From: a virus
Lineage: Duplodnaviria > Caudoviricetes
IMG/VR virus record: IMGVR_UViG_3300019378_000951
Span: 32,001 to 96,000 of that record
DNA length: 64,000 nucleotides
Strand: one strand, 5' to 3'
The translations under genes were made by a program, and so were the position numbers. Shown here piece by piece: positions 1 to 10,159 of this stretch. How positions within the stretch are numbered: position 1 is the stretch's first letter; the number at the start of each line of letters is the position of its first letter. Under the pieces are notes generated by a model. It worked only from the letters and a program-made list of their open reading frames with translations. It had not been told where the DNA came from and did not search any database.

Positions 1-34
1 CTGTCATAACATATGTTTCTGAGTCAGATATTCT
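1..34 (-). CDS. RNA polymerase beta C-terminal subunit, exon 2 (runs off the window)
   Basis: Follows the intron-terminal G at 35 and reads RISDSETYVMT, in frame with exon 1 (...DDKIA|RISDSET). Equivalent to the beta GQRFGEME motif. Confidence 0.85.
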
Positions 35-1262
35 CATAAATGTTTTAATATGATTCGCTACATCATATCACACTATATATTTCTATATAGATCAGACTAT
101 ATCTTAACTATTTCTAGTTTGCCATATTTCCATTCGCTTGAATGTACTCTACTCCCTTATTAACGGTTTCGATAGTCGTTGAACTACTTACTATTTTTTC
201 TATATATGATTCAAGATTTTTAAAACAATCATGGTGAATTCTAAAAAGTTTTATATTATTAACTTCACAATATTCATTTTTCATTTTGTCATGTAATTTC
301 AATCTCTCAAATGATTCGTCTGTATAATAAGAATCTTTTTCAAAATGCTGCTTTCCATCATACTCTATTAAATATTTTAATGAGTCGTTTTCGTTTAATA
401 TTGCAAAGTCATATCTAAGCTTATAATTGCTATTAACGGAACTTACTAAATTATCAAAAGTATATTCTCTTTGATACTTTATACACATATCCTCTAATTT
501 TTTGGCTATTCGTGTCTCTGCGATACTATTATCTTTGCAATAAGGACACCTTCTTCCTCTCCTAAACATATTAGGTGTCACTAAATATGTGTTATTACAT
601 ATTTTATGAGTTACTTCCATTTTTTCATCGATTCCAATATAATCTCCTAATATATAATCATTTAAATCTGAAAAATGTGATATTGTTTCCATATATTCTT
701 CTTTAGTATTACGTTTTTTATCCCCTCGTATATCATTAGCACATTTAGGGCATCTTTTACCATTTTTGAAATTATTATAAGTTACAGGATATTCAGTTCC
801 ACACTTATTGTGTTTTATATTAATATGTGTATCTTCATTTTTATATATTTCATTTGGTAAAACTGTATAGCCTTTTGATTCTATATCTTTAAATACTTCT
901 ACTTGATCTAACTTTAATTTTTCAGCGATGGCATTTTTAGCACATTCATGACATTTGTGCTTAGATTTTTTAAAATTATATGGAGTAGTCTTCCATCTAT
1001 AATTACAAGGTTTGTGTATAAACTCAGTTTTTGTATTTTGCCCTTTATACTCACCAATCATTTCAAAATCTTTCAATTCTTTCATATAGTTTTCAAATTC
1101 TTTACGGCTTTTTTCTTTTCTTGATTCATATATTTTCATATAACATAAACACTCCTATCTCATTATCGTATATAAGAATGTTTATTAAAAATAATAAATA
1201 GCTGCTGATTGTCCAAATTGGAGTTTCCAGCAATTAATGGCATTTTACATCACCAAAAGTCT
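35..1262 (-). mobile_element. Group I intron (phage IA-like) in the RNAP beta-C gene, carrying an endonuclease ORF
   Basis: P1 AUCGCU/GGUGAU with a U.G splice pair; core AAUUGCUGGAAA...AAUCAGCAGC...UUCAACGACUA...AAGAUAUAGUCU; ends in G; splicing restores the frame. Confidence 0.93.
114..1139 (-). CDS. Intron-encoded homing endonuclease (repeated HxxC...CxxC Zn fingers plus Vsr/EDxHD-like PD-(D/E)xK domain)
   Basis: HKPC/CHEC, HNKC/CPKC and HKIC/CPYC repeats; LRYDF...LIEYDGKQHF...HD motif; located in the intron P6 loop and reading into the core. Confidence 0.85.
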   Translation of the reverse strand: MKIYESRKEKSRKEFENYMKELKDFEMIGEYKGQNTKTEFIHKPCNYRWKTTPYNFKKSKHKCHECAKNAIAEKLKLDQVEVFKDIESKGYTVLPNEIYKNEDTHINIKHNKCGTEYPVTYNNFKNGKRCPKCANDIRGDKKRNTKEEYMETISHFSDLNDYILGDYIGIDEKMEVTHKICNNTYLVTPNMFRRGRRCPYCKDNSIAETRIAKKLEDMCIKYQREYTFDNLVSSVNSNYKLRYDFAILNENDSLKYLIEYDGKQHFEKDSYYTDESFERLKLHDKMKNEYCEVNNIKLFRIHHDCFKNLESYIEKIVSSSTTIETVNKGVEYIQANGNMAN

Positions 1263-2234
1263 AGCGATTTTATCATCTCCGGATACTTGTCCTGTTTTCA
1301 TGTTTCTAGATTTTATACTTGTAGAATATGTATTCTTTTTAGATAGTATTTGTTGTAAACGTTTTACTTGTATATATCCTACCGATACGGGATATCTAGT
1401 TCTTAATTCTTTACCATTTTCATCATGTCTGAAATATACATATTCATTAGTAGGTACTTTTAAATAGTCTAATCCATCTTTAATGTCTTTAAGAGTAGGC
1501 TCGTTCTTATATGGCAATATTTCCATATATAGATTTTCTTCTGGGTCGTCTATTAACTTTCTTACCCATTTATCAAATTGTTGGTCTGTCATCTCTTTAA
1601 ATGCATTTTTATAGAATTCAGTATTTGTTCCAGTTTTATCTAACTTACTCATTGTAGTAAGTATATGACTTTCTATTTTCTTTCTCTTAGAATTAGAAGA
1701 ATTATTAGCAGCTTCGGTAAATATCATTAATTCTCCTGTATCTTCATTTAATCCTAAGTCCAATCCGTATCTTTTACTAGCTTCTTTTAATGAATTTATT
1801 AAAGTTAGTTTATCTTTCATATTAGTTATATCTTCTAATGATTCATTGGCAATTATTACATCTGAAACATTGCGTAATCTAAATAATCTTTTATCAGGTA
1901 TTCCATAAAATCTTTCATTATATGATTTAATACCTTCCTGAAGCGTTCTTAATCTTATAGATGAATCTGGTTTCATTATAAGTTCTTCACCAGGTAATAT
2001 ATTCTTACATGCTTCTAACATCATCATAGTACTCATTCCAACACCCGGAACTTTAACTAAATGACAATTATAATTAATACTATCTTCTGTTATAAACTCA
2101 CCTAATCTTTCATTAGGAGTTATAAATACTTGAGATGCATCTTTTTGAAATGGAGTACATATATAACTACCTTCAGTTATTAATTCAGTAGCTTCTATAT
2201 ACTCATTATAATAATCTATTTTATACATATTCAA
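1263..2234 (-). CDS. RNA polymerase beta C-terminal subunit (probably virion RNAP), exon 1, with an N-terminal propeptide-like extension
   Basis: PVSVGYIQVKRLQQILSKK...KTGQV resembles beta VTVGYMYMLKL-H-VDDK...TQQP; GGAGG RBS. Confidence 0.8.
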
Positions 2235-2238
2235 CCTC

Positions 2239-3408
2239 CTATGCTTTAACTGATCTTTGCATTATTAATACTATATAAAAATATAATGCTTTACGATAAT
2301 TAATTTTTGTAGCTTCTCTATTAGTCTCTTGATAGTTTTTACTGTTAGATTCTAATAATTCATCAAGTATTCGTTTTATTTCCATTATTGATTTCTGTTT
2401 AGTATTTGATTTACTATATATTTTAATACATCTTACCACAAATGCAGAAGTGCCTAATGAAGCTTCTGTATTTTCAGGGTCGCTTAAATAAGTTATTAAT
2501 ATATTTCTCATTAATTCATTTATTTCTTCGGTCTTACTATTTTTAACATTAGATATTGCATCCACTAAAACATTATAATCTGCTTGTGACGCTTTAGCTG
2601 CTAAATGTGCATCTTTTTCACTAACTCTAGTTGTAAAAAAATCAGCGGCTGCATTTCTAGTTTTATTCTCTATCGTACCAGATAGATTTGTAGTTAATAT
2701 AAAATTATCATTGTCATAATTATCAGACTGACTAAATATTGCATTTTTTTGTTCATAATCTGTATAATATTCTTTTGAGAAAGTTTGCATTAAACTATTT
2801 AAACGTGAATTCATTGAAACTAAGTAGTCTAAAGCACCAGTATCACCATTTTTTAATAATGCATCTTTCATCGCATCATGATTTACATCTGCCATATGCA
2901 TTAATACTTTCATTAATACCCCATATTGTTTAAATAAGAATTTATTACTTATTCTATTTATTGTAAATTCCATTATATCAGGATTTGGTAAGAATTTAAA
3001 GTATTTAGGATGTATTATACTATAAAAATGGAATATTAAATGTAACGTAAGTGCTTTTACAGCTTCTTTATCTTTTTTCTTTTCATAGTATTTAATTAGT
3101 TCTATTACTAAATAATTATGAGGAGTACTTACCATAGTATACATTATGGGTTTTCTTACAGCTTTATCCGAATCTATTGCAAGTTTAGCGTCATTAACTA
3201 ATTTTTTATCTATTTTCCATATATCAAATACTTTATCTCTTTGACTTTCGTTAAATAATAAACGATAAGCTGGAATACTTGCTGAAAGAACTTCATTATT
3301 ACGATCTATATATGCATTAAGTTCTCTACGGAATTTATTTTTCACGATCACTGAATCGTTAGCTTTAATCATTTCTAATAATTGACTATCTAACGTATTA
3401 TTTCCCAT
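2239..3408 (-). CDS. Hypothetical protein co-transcribed with the RNAP beta-C gene
   Basis: 389-aa ORF, GGAGG RBS, late promoter motif at 3447-3458. Confidence 0.6.
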   Translation of the reverse strand: MGNNTLDSQLLEMIKANDSVIVKNKFRRELNAYIDRNNEVLSASIPAYRLLFNESQRDKVFDIWKIDKKLVNDAKLAIDSDKAVRKPIMYTMVSTPHNYLVIELIKYYEKKKDKEAVKALTLHLIFHFYSIIHPKYFKFLPNPDIMEFTINRISNKFLFKQYGVLMKVLMHMADVNHDAMKDALLKNGDTGALDYLVSMNSRLNSLMQTFSKEYYTDYEQKNAIFSQSDNYDNDNFILTTNLSGTIENKTRNAAADFFTTRVSEKDAHLAAKASQADYNVLVDAISNVKNSKTEEINELMRNILITYLSDPENTEASLGTSAFVVRCIKIYSKSNTKQKSIMEIKRILDELLESNSKNYQETNREATKINYRKALYFYIVLIMQRSVKA

Positions 3409-3485
3409 TATCTAACCTCCTTTATAGTAGTTCAAATTATTACGAATAATCGTATGTTTTTTATTCTTTATCAAGAGACAAAAAA

Positions 3486-3505
3486 ATAAACCCTTAAGGG
3501 TTTAT
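3486..3505. terminator. Palindromic hairpin terminator
   Basis: ATAAACCC-TTAA-GGGTTTAT with a flanking A/T tract. Confidence 0.6.
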
Positions 3506-3939
3506 AATGCTAAATCTACAATATATTGAAACATAAATTTTTTATATTCGCTGTAGTTTTCTTCTATCCAAGGAACAATATAATTGACATAGTCTTTAAA
3601 AGTTTCAGCTCTACATCCATCTAATGATTTATGACTTAACGCAATTATTCCTCCTCCGACTTTAAACTCAATAACTGGTTTTTTAAAACTTGAGTTGTAT
3701 GAGTTTAGATTCCTAGTAGTCCACCAATATCCATACTTTCCAGTTTCTATATCAAATAATACAGAAACCTCAGCAAAATTCTTTTCTAGGTCAGTACAAC
3801 TATAACAACGTATGACATGATCTATATAACGATTATCTATTACTTCATCAATTTCTATATCAATAATTTTTTCATTATCAATTTTAACTTTAAACCAACC
3901 ATGTTTTAGATTCATTTCTGGCTTTCCTATTATACTCAC
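3502..3939 (-). CDS. Hypothetical early protein (paralog family A)
   Basis: 145 aa; VLFDIETGKYG motif and C-terminal tag shared with 3989, 6876 and 19864. Confidence 0.6.
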   Translation of the reverse strand: MSIIGKPEMNLKHGWFKVKIDNEKIIDIEIDEVIDNRYIDHVIRCYSCTDLEKNFAEVSVLFDIETGKYGYWWTTRNLNSYNSSFKKPVIEFKVGGGIIALSHKSLDGCRAETFKDYVNYIVPWIEENYSEYKKFMFQYIVDLAL

Positions 3940-3962
3940 ATTATGACCTCCTAAAAATAAAA

Positions 3963-3992
3963 ATAAAGGAATGTCTTAAGACATTCCTTTAT
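3963..3992. terminator. Palindromic hairpin terminator
   Basis: ATAAAGGAATGTC-TTAA-GACATTCCTTTAT perfect inverted repeat. Confidence 0.65.
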
Positions 3993-4378
3993 ATCATAAA
4001 ATTTATATATGCTTTCTTTAATTCTTTATTGTCATCTTTTGATAGCCATGGGTGTATTCTATTAATATATTCGTTATAAAGATATTCTGTACTAAATATA
4101 TAATCGTCGTCGCAATCTTGATTTAGTATACAGTTTTCGTCCAATGCAAATATAGTATCATCATGATATTCAAATTTAAAATAATAAGAAATTTTTTTAA
4201 AATAATCATCATTGTCAATAGTTTGATTTTCAAATACACGCCATGCAAAACCAAATTCGTTACTATCAGTATCATATAGTATAGTTATAGCGCAATCATT
4301 TTCATTTTCGTTAAAACCTTTTATTAATATATAATACTTGTCTTTGTTGTCACATCTTTCGAAACTATCTATATGCAT
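3989..4378 (-). CDS. Hypothetical early protein (paralog family A)
   Basis: 129 aa; ILYDTDSNEFG motif; GGAGG RBS. Confidence 0.6.
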   Translation of the reverse strand: MHIDSFERCDNKDKYYILIKGFNENENDCAITILYDTDSNEFGFAWRVFENQTIDNDDYFKKISYYFKFEYHDDTIFALDENCILNQDCDDDYIFSTEYLYNEYINRIHPWLSKDDNKELKKAYINFMI

Positions 4379-4391
4379 AGACGAACCCTCC

Positions 4392-6842
4392 TTATGGTAT
4401 TGTTACATCTATCACTTCATCATTTCCATTTAAATTCATTATTCCAGCACCAAATGTAGGACGCTTATAAACTGGTATATCTGATATTGGTATACTTATA
4501 ATATTACTAGAACTAATTAGAGTTACTCTTTCTTCCATATTACAAGGTTTTATAGATACTAAATAATTATCTTTTAACTTAGTCGCCATAACACCTTTAA
4601 CTCCTCTATTCATTAGCTGTTTACTTCCATCGGCTTTAGTGCTATAGAATTCTTCAGTTTCAACAAGTTTTCCCATACCATTGCTAGTTACTACTAACAT
4701 ATGGGTTGTATCTTCTCTTATATAGTCCATACTTACTATAACATTGCCTTCTTTTATAACATCTGTGTTAAATGCTATAACACCCATACTTACCCTACCA
4801 ACAGTAGGAACTTGATCACTACTCATTACTATTGCATTTCCACCGCTATGACCTAGTACTACTTGTTTTGGTTCTCTAGAATCAATTAACATAGCCCCTA
4901 CAACTTCATCATCATCTGCTAACTTAATTGCTATAAGACCACTACTAAATATATTAGTGTATTCTGTCAGCGGAGATTGTTTAATACGGTTCTGCTTAGT
5001 AACTATAAGAATATTAGTGTTCTCCATATCTATATCTTTAGGTACACATATTACATTACTAATTCCTTCATTGTTTATAGCACTCCTTATACTAGTTCCT
5101 AAGTTTTGTCCACTTTCAGGGAACTCATGCACTGGGAACTTATAAACTTTTCCAACTTTAGTAATTACCCACATATCATCTCTTTCATTCATGTTGTTTA
5201 TTGATACTGGATAATCCCCATCTTTAAGTTTCCCTAGTTTAATTCCTTTACCATTACGTTTTTGTGTTTTAAGTGGAGCAATTTTCTTAACAAATCCTTC
5301 GTGAGTTGCTATTATTCCACGTTGAACATCTGGTACGTCCATTTCATCTAAATCTAATGATAATGAACTAACTATCTTAGTCTTACGTTCTTGTATTATC
5401 TTTTTATCTTTTAACGCTTCTAATAATTCATCTTTTATTAGTAATTCTATCTTACGACTATCTTTAAAGAATTGCTCTTCTTCTTTTACTTTTTGTTGTA
5501 AACTGGCTCTTTCATTCTTGTTATCTGTTAAAGATGTATTAGATATACGATAAAGTTCCATTCCAGCTATAGCTTCTGCTTGTTTATGAGAGAAACTGTA
5601 ATCGTCTTCAAGCATTCCTATAACTTCAGTTTTACCTTTACAAGCTTTTATCTTAGTTATTACTTCATCTAATATATCTTCTTCAACTAATTTTATCAAT
5701 GCGTCTAAAATGTGTATTCTATAATTCCATTTTTTAACATTATTAAGTTTAATACGTCTTATAGTAAATACTCTGAAATTAAGCCATTCATCAAACACTT
5801 GTTTGATATGAGTATATATCTTAAATTTACCATTAACAACACCTAATATTATAAATGGTATAGTGTTTTGTAGATTAGTGTATCTGTATAATTTTTGCTC
5901 AATTTCTTGTAAATCATAATCTTTCTTTACATAAAGTATTAATTTAATATCATCTTTTGCTGACGCGTCTTTAACTTTACTTATACCTTCTATTATAGGT
6001 GGTAAATCTTTTTTACCTTTAGGGTCTTTACGTTTTTCTATTATTGTTGATAATTGTTTCTTATAAGATATTAAGTTAGTCATCCAAGGTAATGAAGTTA
6101 TTATTACTGCATGTTGTTTTTCATCTAATGTAACTTCACCTCTCATAGTATACTTAGATCTACCAGTTGTATATGCATTTCTTAATGTTTCATCATTTGC
6201 TATTATTCCACCTGTTGGTAAATCTGGAACTAAGTTTATCTCATGGTTTTCATCATCAATATACTTAATCATTTCTTCTAATACTTCTTTTGTATTATGA
6301 GCTGGAACATTTACACTATATCCACCAGCTATACCAAATGCTCCATTTATTAAATAGAATGGAAGTTTAGCTGGCATTACTTTTGGTTCTTTGCCACTAT
6401 CATCAAATGTGTTTATATAGTCTACAGTTTCTTGATTTAAATTGTCTACCATATATCTTTCAGCATTTTTATGCATACGTGCTTCAAGATAACGAGGTTT
6501 CGCTGGTTCATCACCATATATTGAACCGTTAGAACCATTTGTGTCATACAATGTAATATTATTAGACCACCATTGGCTCATATTAACCATACATTGATAT
6601 AAACTTGCGTCGCCGTGCGCATGATAGCTCATACTTTCACTAATTATCTTTGTAGATTTAACGTGAGCTTTATCTGATGTGTACTTTCTATTCGTTGATC
6701 CAAATAATAATCTTCTTTGAGCTTCTATTAAACCATCACGAGTATCAGGAATACCCCTATGAAGTATAATTTCTTCATAATAATCCTTCATATAATCTAC
6801 TAATAGTTCTCTTATCTCAATTGGAATTATGTTTTGTGCCAT
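4392..6842 (-). CDS. gyrA: DNA gyrase subunit A
   Basis: IPDTRDGL, YHAHGDAS, AKPRY (catalytic Tyr) and GIAGG motifs; C-terminal beta-pinwheel repeats with the GyrA-box QKRNGKG. Confidence 0.93.
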   Translation of the reverse strand: MAQNIIPIEIRELLVDYMKDYYEEIILHRGIPDTRDGLIEAQRRLLFGSTNRKYTSDKAHVKSTKIISESMSYHAHGDASLYQCMVNMSQWWSNNITLYDTNGSNGSIYGDEPAKPRYLEARMHKNAERYMVDNLNQETVDYINTFDDSGKEPKVMPAKLPFYLINGAFGIAGGYSVNVPAHNTKEVLEEMIKYIDDENHEINLVPDLPTGGIIANDETLRNAYTTGRSKYTMRGEVTLDEKQHAVIITSLPWMTNLISYKKQLSTIIEKRKDPKGKKDLPPIIEGISKVKDASAKDDIKLILYVKKDYDLQEIEQKLYRYTNLQNTIPFIILGVVNGKFKIYTHIKQVFDEWLNFRVFTIRRIKLNNVKKWNYRIHILDALIKLVEEDILDEVITKIKACKGKTEVIGMLEDDYSFSHKQAEAIAGMELYRISNTSLTDNKNERASLQQKVKEEEQFFKDSRKIELLIKDELLEALKDKKIIQERKTKIVSSLSLDLDEMDVPDVQRGIIATHEGFVKKIAPLKTQKRNGKGIKLGKLKDGDYPVSINNMNERDDMWVITKVGKVYKFPVHEFPESGQNLGTSIRSAINNEGISNVICVPKDIDMENTNILIVTKQNRIKQSPLTEYTNIFSSGLIAIKLADDDEVVGAMLIDSREPKQVVLGHSGGNAIVMSSDQVPTVGRVSMGVIAFNTDVIKEGNVIVSMDYIREDTTHMLVVTSNGMGKLVETEEFYSTKADGSKQLMNRGVKGVMATKLKDNYLVSIKPCNMEERVTLISSSNIISIPISDIPVYKRPTFGAGIMNLNGNDEVIDVTIP

Positions 6843-6875
6843 AATATCACCCTCCTAATTTAACTTATTATAATT

Positions 6876-7310
6876 TTAAATCATTGAATCAATTATTGCT
6901 TTTTCTACATGTTCATGGAATTTTTCTGGGTCTTCTGCAATTTCATTTTTAATTTTTTCTAAAAATCTAACATCCGCATCGTACATTACTTTATTAACTG
7001 CAAATAGTCCAGGAACTTTTGAAATTGCGAGCTGCCATACTGTCGGTTTTTGCATATTGTGAAATGTTACGTTGTAGACCCAATCATTTAATATTGCCTC
7101 ATTTGTGTATAACATTTCTTTTATTGTAGCTTCGAAATCTATTGTGAATTCTCTCGTAGATATGTTATATAAAAATACTAAATATAAAAAATGTTTAGAG
7201 TCGTCTTCATACGCTTTTATTGAAATCCAGCCTTCTAGACCCTCCTCTGAAGTTTCTACGTCAACAGAATATTTTCTGTCTTTAAATATAAACGGATTCA
7301 ATTTTGTCAT
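6876..7310 (-). CDS. Hypothetical early protein (paralog family A)
   Basis: 144 aa; FLYNISTREF motif; downstream of the early promoter at 7356-7369. Confidence 0.6.
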   Translation of the reverse strand: MTKLNPFIFKDRKYSVDVETSEEGLEGWISIKAYEDDSKHFLYLVFLYNISTREFTIDFEATIKEMLYTNEAILNDWVYNVTFHNMQKPTVWQLAISKVPGLFAVNKVMYDADVRFLEKIKNEIAEDPEKFHEHVEKAIIDSMI

Positions 7311-7355
7311 CTCCTAAAAAATATGAGATGACAGGATTTATCCTATCATCTCACA

Positions 7356-7369
7356 CTATAATATAATAT
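7356..7369 (-). promoter_or_regulatory. Putative early promoter ATATTAT-N6-G followed by a 16-bp 5' hairpin
   Basis: Motif recurs before non-structural gene clusters; hairpin at 7321-7356. Confidence 0.6.
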
Positions 7370-7385
7370 ATGTTCGTAATAAGTA

Positions 7386-7994
7386 TTAATCTTCATATAA
7401 AAGTTTACATTTCTCATCATTTGCAAGTATATCATATTTTAATTTATCGGGATTTCTTTCTATAAATAAATCTTTAAAACTATAATTTTTATAAAGTCCT
7501 ATGCAAGTAAATCCTCCAATATCATCGCCTATTATTCTAAGTTTTCCAGCTTCATCATTCATTTCACATAAAATATAGTCGTCTATATCTTTTTCGCTTT
7601 CAATACCTATGTTATCCATTATCTGATCGTACATTTTTTCATATGTTTCATCTAAATTTTCATCGCTTTCGTTAAGAGTTACTATTATTGTTTTTGGTGA
7701 AGCATATGTTATCATAGATACTTTAAAATCTTTGTCATGCTCTACAAAATTTTTTATACATTCACGAAGTTCATCGTTCATTTCATTTAATGGTAATATT
7801 TTAGAAATATGTATTCCTTTTTTAGCTTTATCTGGGTACATTATTTCATTAACCATATAAATACTATTATTATATTTATACGCTAATACATCTATATCTG
7901 ATAGGAAATTTATAGTTTCTCCCATAAAACCGTCATAATTTACATCTAAATTATAATGTATTTTAAAAAGAGCTTCCTTATTATTTTTTGCCAT
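7386..7994 (-). CDS. Hypothetical protein
   Basis: 202-aa ORF with AGGAGG RBS. Confidence 0.6.
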   Translation of the reverse strand: MAKNNKEALFKIHYNLDVNYDGFMGETINFLSDIDVLAYKYNNSIYMVNEIMYPDKAKKGIHISKILPLNEMNDELRECIKNFVEHDKDFKVSMITYASPKTIIVTLNESDENLDETYEKMYDQIMDNIGIESEKDIDDYILCEMNDEAGKLRIIGDDIGGFTCIGLYKNYSFKDLFIERNPDKLKYDILANDEKCKLLYED

Positions 7995-8048
7995 ACTTAT
8001 ATCCTCCTAAGTAATAATATTAAAAAAAATTAGATCCACATAGTGGAT

Positions 8049-8603
8049 CTATTCTACTACAAAATAAGATTGCTCAAAGTAAGTTTGGTCTTCTATTCTA
8101 AATATCTTTTCTTTAGGATTAGATAACGCAACTTTACCATTATATTCATATAACCATACCCAGTCTTTAAATTTTCCATCAACTGCATCTAGTTTTGAAT
8201 ATACTTTAGGTTTGTTTCCATTTAATATAACATTTAACAATGACATGTTTATAAATTCTTTACTACTTATCTTATTAAAATCTAATCCAGTATATTCGCA
8301 TATTCTTAAATATATAGTGTCTATAGTACAAAATGTACCTCCTTCTGCTAAACTTGTTTCATATCTTACAAGTTTATCATTTGATATAACTAATTTTACA
8401 TTTATCCCCCAGTCCATCGCTAAAAATGCCATTGATTTTTCTAAAAATATAAAGTGTCTAAACATTTCGTTACTTGATTTATTGTTTTTTGAATAATTGT
8501 TTATTGTTTTTACGTTGCTCCAAAAATTATTAAGTGTTGTTTCTATATTCTCTTTAATTTTCACTCTATCACTATGTCTTTTATTGTTTAAGTTCATCAT
8601 CAT
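8049..8603 (-). CDS. Hypothetical protein
   Basis: 184-aa ORF with RBS; followed by a hairpin at 8031-8050. Confidence 0.6.
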   Translation of the reverse strand: MMMNLNNKRHSDRVKIKENIETTLNNFWSNVKTINNYSKNNKSSNEMFRHFIFLEKSMAFLAMDWGINVKLVISNDKLVRYETSLAEGGTFCTIDTIYLRICEYTGLDFNKISSKEFINMSLLNVILNGNKPKVYSKLDAVDGKFKDWVWLYEYNGKVALSNPKEKIFRIEDQTYFEQSYFVVE

Positions 8604-8623
8604 ATTAAATACCCCCTCTAATT

Positions 8624-9262
8624 TTAATTAGGTACTATTAAATTTTTGTTACTATCTTCTAAAAAATTGTAAAAATTTTTTACTTCATTCATGAATGTTT
8701 TAGTAAATTTTGCGGCTACATGCCTAATATCTTCAACTCTATACCACTCATTACTTCTTTCTATGTTTGTTATAGTTTTAATATCAAATTTATAACCAAC
8801 TGGTAGAATTATAGAAAAGTCTCCAACTTCTGTTATATGTTTATTAACTCCAGCTCCGGGTTTTACTCCGCCAGTTCTAAATTTAAGTTTAAGCATTTCA
8901 ATATTATTATCAAATGCCAATGCCGCATCAAATGCAATTATTAAATCATGGTTGTTTCTTTTTATCTCGTTTATAACATCTTCAGCATTTATGCCATTGA
9001 ACCAGTATAAATGTTTTTCAGTTATACCTTCTTTTAAAAATTCATCATATATTATTGGACCAAATATGTCAAAATTAACTTTTCTGCTTCCAACACAAAC
9101 CAATGCCGGATTTTTAGTATACTTGAATTTTACGGCAATTGTTTTAGCTAGATTAGTTAAATGATCGTCACAATTACTAGTAAACATTATATCTTTTAAA
9201 TAATCAGCTAGTTCATTTCCATTTCTAAAAATTTCACCATTAAATTTAATTCTTTTTTCCAT
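8624..9262 (-). CDS. yyaC: Spore protease YyaC / DUF1256 (GPR-like) family protein
   Basis: LVCVGS...D-FGP, IIAFDAAL and GVKPGAGVNK...VGDFSI match YyaC signatures. Confidence 0.8.
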   Translation of the reverse strand: MEKRIKFNGEIFRNGNELADYLKDIMFTSNCDDHLTNLAKTIAVKFKYTKNPALVCVGSRKVNFDIFGPIIYDEFLKEGITEKHLYWFNGINAEDVINEIKRNNHDLIIAFDAALAFDNNIEMLKLKFRTGGVKPGAGVNKHITEVGDFSIILPVGYKFDIKTITNIERSNEWYRVEDIRHVAAKFTKTFMNEVKNFYNFLEDSNKNLIVPN

Positions 9263-9319
9263 AAACGTACCTCCAATTTAATTTAATAATGTGATAAAAC
9301 GATTTTATTATCGTTTTAT

Positions 9320-9333
9320 CACATTTATAATAT
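9320..9333 (-). promoter_or_regulatory. Putative early promoter with 5' hairpin (9291-9322)
   Basis: ATATTAT-AAATGT-G, then a GATAAAACGAT/ATCGTTTTATC stem. Confidence 0.55.
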
Positions 9334-9346
9334 ATATTTAAAATCA

Positions 9347-10159
9347 TTAACGTCCTACATATCTATAAGCTTTTTCTACATAATCTCTATCAAAATCAAC
9401 TATTCTAGCAGTATTACAAGTTTCTAATATAGCATAATCTATAGTTGCTTGTATCATTGAAGTCATTGTTAAATTTTCTTTAACATCTTCATTAAGCATT
9501 GCTAATTGATCCTCTTCTCCTGATATATTTGATTTATAATTAGTTTCTATTAACATTCTAAACATTGATTTTTTGTCATGTTTTCTTAAACTTCCATCTT
9601 CTTTTAATGTAACATTGAAATTTTCTAATTTTATAGCTTTAGTAACTTTTTCATTTACCATTGAAGTAAGTTCATTAAGTATAAGTTTACATTCATCTAC
9701 TGTTTCGTTAAAACATTTGTCGCAGCTATTAGCTGAAACCCTTGCATATTTAGCTGCCACTTTAGTTATTGTATCCCAAGCTCCCCCATCAGGCATATTT
9801 TTTATTATACCAGATTCTAACATTGCATCGTACATATCTCCGATTTGAGTTTCTATTTCAGCTTCATTTAATCTTATTATATTTTTTTCTATAGGACACG
9901 CCTCAACAACAGCGCTTATAAATAAGTCTCTAGTTACTTCTTGTAACTTTTCTTGGTACTCTTCAAATAATAATTCTTTAGAATTATCTTTGTCCCCCCA
10001 ATTAAATGATTGTCTTGCACTTTCAGTATATATATTTAAATTATCATTAGGGTCAAACTCATTTTCTTTAGCAAGATCTAAAGATTCTTGAAACATTTCA
10101 GCCATACGATTTTGCATGTTAAATTGTCTCTCTCTATATTTCATATCTCTTTCTTTCAT
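9347..10159 (-). CDS. Probable virion/head protein
   Basis: Late promoter at 10201-10212; xxE|S motifs (FQES, YTES) typical of head-protease-processed proteins. Confidence 0.5.
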   Translation of the reverse strand: MKERDMKYRERQFNMQNRMAEMFQESLDLAKENEFDPNDNLNIYTESARQSFNWGDKDNSKELLFEEYQEKLQEVTRDLFISAVVEACPIEKNIIRLNEAEIETQIGDMYDAMLESGIIKNMPDGGAWDTITKVAAKYARVSANSCDKCFNETVDECKLILNELTSMVNEKVTKAIKLENFNVTLKEDGSLRKHDKKSMFRMLIETNYKSNISGEEDQLAMLNEDVKENLTMTSMIQATIDYAILETCNTARIVDFDRDYVEKAYRYVGR

